The notes under the pieces were generated by a model. That model ran no database searches, was not told the origin of the DNA, and saw only the letters and a program-made list of their open reading frames with translations. DNA of 64,000 bases from an uncultured Helicobacteraceae bacterium. Its GTDB lineage: Bacteria; Campylobacterota; Campylobacteria; Campylobacterales; Helicobacteraceae. Made by a program: the position numbers and the translations under genes. Position 1 is the first letter of the stretch. Each line of letters starts with the position of its first letter. The DNA lies in contig CANQAN010000007.1 in the NCBI GenBank assembly GCA_947588965.1, positions 25,542 to 89,541 on the forward strand, in the 5' to 3' direction. Below are positions 60,043 to 64,000 of the stretch, one piece after another.

Positions 60043-61393
60043 TTCTTATGATGTAGCGATTGTAGGAGCTGGAATTTCTGGATGTGCGCTGTTTTATGTT
60101 TTGACGCATTATACAGATTTGAAAAAGGTTGTCTTGCTGGAAAAATATGCACAACCTGCCACATTGAGTTCAAGCGGAAATAACAACTCACAAACCATTC
60201 ATGCAGGAGATATTGAGACAAATTACACCTTTGAAAAGGCCAAAAAAGTCTCACGCTCTGCTAAGCTTATGGAATCTTATGCACTCTATCATCATTTAGA
60301 GAATAAAAGTATTTTTGAATTCCAAAAAATGGCAATTGGTGTGGGCGATGAGGAAGTTGAGTTCATAAAAACGCGCCATGAGGCATTTAAGGAGATTTAT
60401 CCAAACTTGGAATTCTTCACAAAAGAGACTTTAAAGGAAATTGAACCAAACATTATTAAAGCAGCCCATGGGGGTGATAGGGTAGAAAATGTTGTAGGCT
60501 CTGGTGTGCGCAAGAGCTTTTGTGCGATGAATTTTTGCTCTGTAGCCCATCATATGATTGAGCAAAGTGTCTCTAGTGATCATAGGGTTATTTTTAATTA
60601 TTATGTCAAAAATATCAAGCACGAAGATGATGGGAGATACACGATTCAAGCACAAAATGGAGAGATGATTTCTGCATCCTTTGTGCTTGTGGATGCGGGG
60701 GCGCATTCTTTGCTTTTGGCACAAAATATGGGGTATGGAATGGAGCTTGGTTGTTTGCCTGTTGCGGGGAGCTTTTACTTCATACCGGGCGATAAGTTAC
60801 GCGGAAAGGTCTATACAGTGCAGAATCCAAAACTCCCCTTTGCAGCGGTGCATGGGGATCCGGATATTGTCGCACAAGGCAAGAATCGTTTAGGTCCGAC
60901 AGCTCTGTCTTTACCCAAACTAGAACGTTTTAAAAGTGGCACGTATTTGGACTTTTTTAAAGTTTCAGGCTTTGGAGAGATGGCGACGATTAAAATTATG
61001 TGGGATTTGTTTTCAGATAGCGAGATACGCAACTATATTTTAAGAAACTTTCTCTATGAAGTCCCGGGCATTGGGAAGCGGTTTTTTATCAAGGAAGCAC
61101 AAAAAATCATTCCCTCTATCCGCTTAGAAGATCTCACCTACGCAAAAGGATTTGGCGGGATTCGTCCGCAAGTGCTAGACAAGGTCCAAAGAAAGTTGGT
61201 TTTAGGGGAAAAAAGAATTGCAAGTGGGAAAGGCATTACATTTAATATGACACCAAGCCCCGGTGCAACGAGTTGTATGCGCAATGCATTGATTGATATG
61301 CTAGAAATTACAAAATATCTTAATGCGACAATCAAAATGGACAGGATTCAAGCGGAACTTAAAGAGGAGAGTTTGGAGTGGTTGCTTGATTGA
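60029..61393 (+). CDS. mqo: FAD-dependent malate:quinone oxidoreductase (epsilon-type Mqo)
   Basis: 454 aa. FAD fold YDVAIVGAGISGCAL. The N-terminal ~90 aa closely resemble H. pylori Mqo as I recall it (..SSS..NSQTIH.G.IETNYT.EKAKKV). Confidence 0.7.
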   Translation: MKMNNSYDVAIVGAGISGCALFYVLTHYTDLKKVVLLEKYAQPATLSSSGNNNSQTIHAGDIETNYTFEKAKKVSRSAKLMESYALYHHLENKSIFEFQKMAIGVGDEEVEFIKTRHEAFKEIYPNLEFFTKETLKEIEPNIIKAAHGGDRVENVVGSGVRKSFCAMNFCSVAHHMIEQSVSSDHRVIFNYYVKNIKHEDDGRYTIQAQNGEMISASFVLVDAGAHSLLLAQNMGYGMELGCLPVAGSFYFIPGDKLRGKVYTVQNPKLPFAAVHGDPDIVAQGKNRLGPTALSLPKLERFKSGTYLDFFKVSGFGEMATIKIMWDLFSDSEIRNYILRNFLYEVPGIGKRFFIKEAQKIIPSIRLEDLTYAKGFGGIRPQVLDKVQRKLVLGEKRIASGKGITFNMTPSPGATSCMRNALIDMLEITKYLNATIKMDRIQAELKEESLEWLLD

Positions 61394-62222
61394 AGCTCTC
61401 TCTTATACTTTTATACAAAATGCGCTTCTTGGCGCAGTCTTTACGAGCATAATTTGTGGAATCATTGGTTCGATTGTTGTTTCCAATCGCATGGTGTTTG
61501 TCGCAGGGGGGATTGCGCATAGCGTCTATGGTGGTGTTGGAATCGCGGCGGTGTTGGGTTTGCCGATTCTTGTTGGAGCGGCCGGTTTTAGTGTGGTTTG
61601 TGCGATTGTCTTGGCTTTTATGTTGCTCTATGCAAAGGAGAGGTTGGATTCTCTCATCGGTTCGTTATGGGCATTTGGCATGGCTCTTGGGGTGATTTTA
61701 GTGGAGCTGATACCGGGCTATAGCAAGGATTTTATGGGATATTTGTTTGGAAGTATTTTAAGTGTAACGGATGGGGATATTGTTTTAATGATGCTTTTTA
61801 GTGCGCTATTGATTGTCTTTTTAGTTTTCAATTATCGCGTGATTCTTGGATTTTCTTATGATAGTGAGTTTGCGCGATTGCAAGGGATTAATACGCGTTA
61901 TTTTAGTCTTGTTTTGATGATACTTATCGCTCTTGGAATTGTTATTTCTATGCGCTCTGTTGGAATTATTTTAATTATTGCGCTCTTAAGTATTCCATCT
62001 TATTGTAGTGAGATTTTAACGCATTCTTTTTCTAAAATGATCATATTGTCTGTTTGCATCTCTTTCATCTCTATGTTGGGCGGTATTTTGATAGCCTATC
62101 TCTATGACTTACAAGCGGGAGCAAGTATTGTTATGCTCTTGTCAATCTTTTCGTTTATATTAGCCTTTGTGCAGTATTTGAACAATGCAAGATTGCAATC
62201 TAGGGGAACTTATGGAAAATGA
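61386..62222 (+). CDS. ABC-3 family metal transporter permease (ZnuB-like)
   Basis: Polytopic. A family-like N-terminus (M)IEALSYTFIQNALLGAVF starts at in-frame TTG 61386, 8 nt before the mqo stop. The track ATG at 61323 would add 21 non-hydrophobic residues inside mqo. Confidence 0.75.
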   Translation: MIEALSYTFIQNALLGAVFTSIICGIIGSIVVSNRMVFVAGGIAHSVYGGVGIAAVLGLPILVGAAGFSVVCAIVLAFMLLYAKERLDSLIGSLWAFGMALGVILVELIPGYSKDFMGYLFGSILSVTDGDIVLMMLFSALLIVFLVFNYRVILGFSYDSEFARLQGINTRYFSLVLMILIALGIVISMRSVGIILIIALLSIPSYCSEILTHSFSKMIILSVCISFISMLGGILIAYLYDLQAGASIVMLLSIFSFILAFVQYLNNARLQSRGTYGK

Positions 62223-62412
62223 ACTAAAAAGGGCGCAGGACACTGCAAAAAGGGCGGTAAAAATCGCATTAATAGCCTGCGTGATTACAATCTTGTTTGC
62301 TGTTTTGAGTCTGTGGGTTTTGCTGAATGAAATCACCGCTACTGCACATCTTACAAAAGCTCAAAAATCACAAGAAGAACGGCTGGAGAGATTGGAAAAA
62401 GCACTGCCTTAG
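62212..62412 (+). CDS. Small single-pass membrane protein
   Basis: ~66 aa from ATG 62212 (MENELKRAQ..). TM helix IALIACVITILFAVLSLWVLL. Overlaps the permease end by 11 nt. Confidence 0.4.
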   Translation: MENELKRAQDTAKRAVKIALIACVITILFAVLSLWVLLNEITATAHLTKAQKSQEERLERLEKALP

Positions 62413-62488
62413 GTTTGGGATTCTAAAAAGTAGGTTGTTAAGCTAATATTTTGTTTATTTGAGATAAAATTGGGCTTCTTTTTTTGGA

Positions 62489-62575
62489 GCCGGGGTGGTG
62501 AAATTGGTAGACGCGCTAGACTCAAAATCTAGTGGGGGCAACCCCGTGTCGGTTCGATTCCGACCCTCGGCACCA
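62489..62575 (+). tRNA. tRNA-Leu (anticodon CAA)
   Basis: GCCGGGG acceptor stem pairs with CCTCGGC (one G-U), followed by ACCA. D-arm GGTGAAATTGGTAGAC. Anticodon loop CTCAAAA. Long variable arm (GTGGGGGCAACCCCGTG). T-arm GGTTCGATTCC. 87 nt including the encoded CCA. Confidence 0.93.
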
Positions 62576-62723
62576 TTGCATAAAGTCTTTTAATATTTCT
62601 TTGACTTTTCTTAAATAAGAGCTTAAATGAATAAAAATCATATAAATATTATGCTATTATGCGCTTTGGGATTCTCATTACAAAGGACTTAGCATTAGAA
62701 ACGGAGCAATATTTTTTTTCTTA

Positions 62724-64000
62724 TTGTTTGTGAATGTAGCATACGCCCTAGAATTCTATGTCCATAGTGGCAGAGAGTCCAATCATAATTTTGCGGTGTT
62801 GAATTTACTTGATGATAAGCCCTTTGGTTGCTATGAGGAGTTTAATAGAGAATCTGAAGTGAGTGCGGTGATTTGCCGCTTTGATTCCCCTTTGCTCTCA
62901 CGATTCCAGCGCAGTGAGACGTTGTTTTTTTCTATCATGCCAGAATCTTTGGAGGATGATGGAGAAGGATTTTATTTAAAAATCACTCCAAAATCAAATA
63001 AAAAAATGAAGCTTTTCAATACGGAATTTAATTTAATTTCCCAAAAAAATATTCCCCTTGAGCGCAATGTGAAATCAAAACGTTGGCAGATTCTTGGCTT
63101 TGAAGAAAATATTCCTTTTGTGGATGATAAAGAAAGCCATGGGATTAATTTTCCCTTACGATTTGAGGGGTTGCCAAGCATTGGTGTTTTGGATGCGCAA
63201 ATGCGTCCCATGAGTACTCAAGTTGGCAGAGACAAGGATTATTTTCTAAACATTCAATCCCTTGTGGATAGGCATTCTTACAGAGAGGCGCTGAATTCTA
63301 TTGACGAAGTACTTGGACTTTATCCTGAAACGATTTTTAAACGCGATATTTTATTTTTGAAAATGGCGGCATTAGATGGAATAGCAAGTGAAGAAAATTA
63401 TGAGGATATTATTGCGCTTGGTAAGGCGTGGATTGGTGCGTATCCGACAGATATTCATGTGCCACAAGTGCTTTTCATTCTTGCCAAAACCTATGCGGCT
63501 ATGCAGTTTTTTGATGAGGGAAAGTATTATTATGAACGCTTGTTTAATGAATACAAAGGCGACAAATACGAACTTCTTGCGCGACTTGATTATGGTGAGC
63601 AACTCTATGGCAGGGGGGATCGTAAGGTTGTGCTTGAGATGTATGAATCTGTCCTTAGAGAGACAAATGACATTGAAGTGGCTTCACTAGCCTCTATCTT
63701 GCTTGGAGATTATTGGAGGAAAGCTGACAATAAGAGTGAGGCAGAAAGGTATCTTAATAACGTTTTAGACGCGAATCCACAATTCTTTTTAGAACACATT
63801 CAAGAATACTATCCCCTCATGCAAGCATGGGCGGAATCTGGTATCTATGAAGCACCTGCAGAGGTGGTGGAGATTATGTTTCAGTCCCTTGAAGATAGAG
63901 TTATTCCACTTTATATGCCTATGCTAAGAGATATTGCGCGGTGGTTTGATCGGGCTGGGAACTTGCAGAAGGCACACAAATATTATCAATTGCTCCTAAG
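62724..64000 (+). CDS. TPR-repeat protein, probably exported; 3' end beyond the window and 5' end unresolved
   Basis: Not in the track because there is no stop before the window end. The frame is open from 62646 to 64000. It encodes ..GAIFFFLLFVNVAYALEFYVHSGR.. (signal-peptide-like), then TPR-like helices (..HSYREALNSIDEVLGLYPET.., ..QVLFILAKTYAAMQFFDEGKYYYERLFNEY..). There is no in-frame ATG near the 5' end; TTG 62724 and GTG 62730 are the only canonical options. Confidence 0.6.
   Translation, partial: MFVNVAYALEFYVHSGRESNHNFAVLNLLDDKPFGCYEEFNRESEVSAVICRFDSPLLSRFQRSETLFFSIMPESLEDDGEGFYLKITPKSNKKMKLFNTEFNLISQKNIPLERNVKSKRWQILGFEENIPFVDDKESHGINFPLRFEGLPSIGVLDAQMRPMSTQVGRDKDYFLNIQSLVDRHSYREALNSIDEVLGLYPETIFKRDILFLKMAALDGIASEENYEDIIALGKAWIGAYPTDIHVPQVLFILAKTYAAMQFFDEGKYYYERLFNEYKGDKYELLARLDYGEQLYGRGDRKVVLEMYESVLRETNDIEVASLASILLGDYWRKADNKSEAERYLNNVLDANPQFFLEHIQEYYPLMQAWAESGIYEAPAEVVEIMFQSLEDRVIPLYMPMLRDIARWFDRAGNLQKAHKYYQLLL

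Noticed and set aside
62576-62610. Hairpin AAAGTC...GACTTT after tRNA-Leu as a terminator
   Set aside because: It has only a 6-bp AT-rich stem with a ~17-nt loop, which is too weak to call.

Overview
This window looks like ordinary core chromosome from a Helicobacter-type member of the Campylobacterota. Supporting gene content: the csd1-ccmA-mfd cell-shape locus, flgM/flgN-like/flgK, a fliF 5' end, hypB-hypC and hypF, a TlpD-like soluble chemoreceptor with a CZB zinc domain, an epsilon-type mqo, and a menaquinone-type UbiD decarboxylase. hisC, hisG and leuC are present. H. pylori is auxotrophic for His and Leu, so a non-pylori (enterohepatic-type) Helicobacter is my inference. I support about 69 tightly packed protein genes, many with overlapping start/stop junctions, and one tRNA-Leu(CAA). 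I saw no rRNA, CRISPR array, transposase or integrase, prophage genes or recognisable defence genes. Several long N-termini in the ORF track are artefacts of upstream in-frame start codons (rsmG, gatA, secF, mfd, azlD, the NlpC/P60 gene, the LOG gene, the tlpD-like gene); I re-placed those starts using RBS position and family N-termini. No clearly novel multi-gene system stands out. The best candidates for follow-up are: (1) an output-less membrane sensor with two P-box (PilJ/NarX-like) motifs, packed behind a Cys-less Crp/Fnr regulator and a 133-aa orphan; (2) a 478-aa orphan ending in a pseudo-receiver domain with Glu at the phospho-acceptor position; (3) a divergent MreB paralogue coupled to pgeF; (4) a degenerate GGDEF protein inserted between lptE and folC, just upstream of the cell-shape locus; (5) a yfgM-like/bamB-like lipoprotein pair; (6) mqo nested between the ATPase and permease genes of a metal ABC transporter; (7) an unresolved 5' end with a T8 tract at the last ORF, which encodes a TPR protein; (8) an apparent enrichment of GAATC/GATTC across the window. 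All family calls come from reading motifs by eye; no database search was run.
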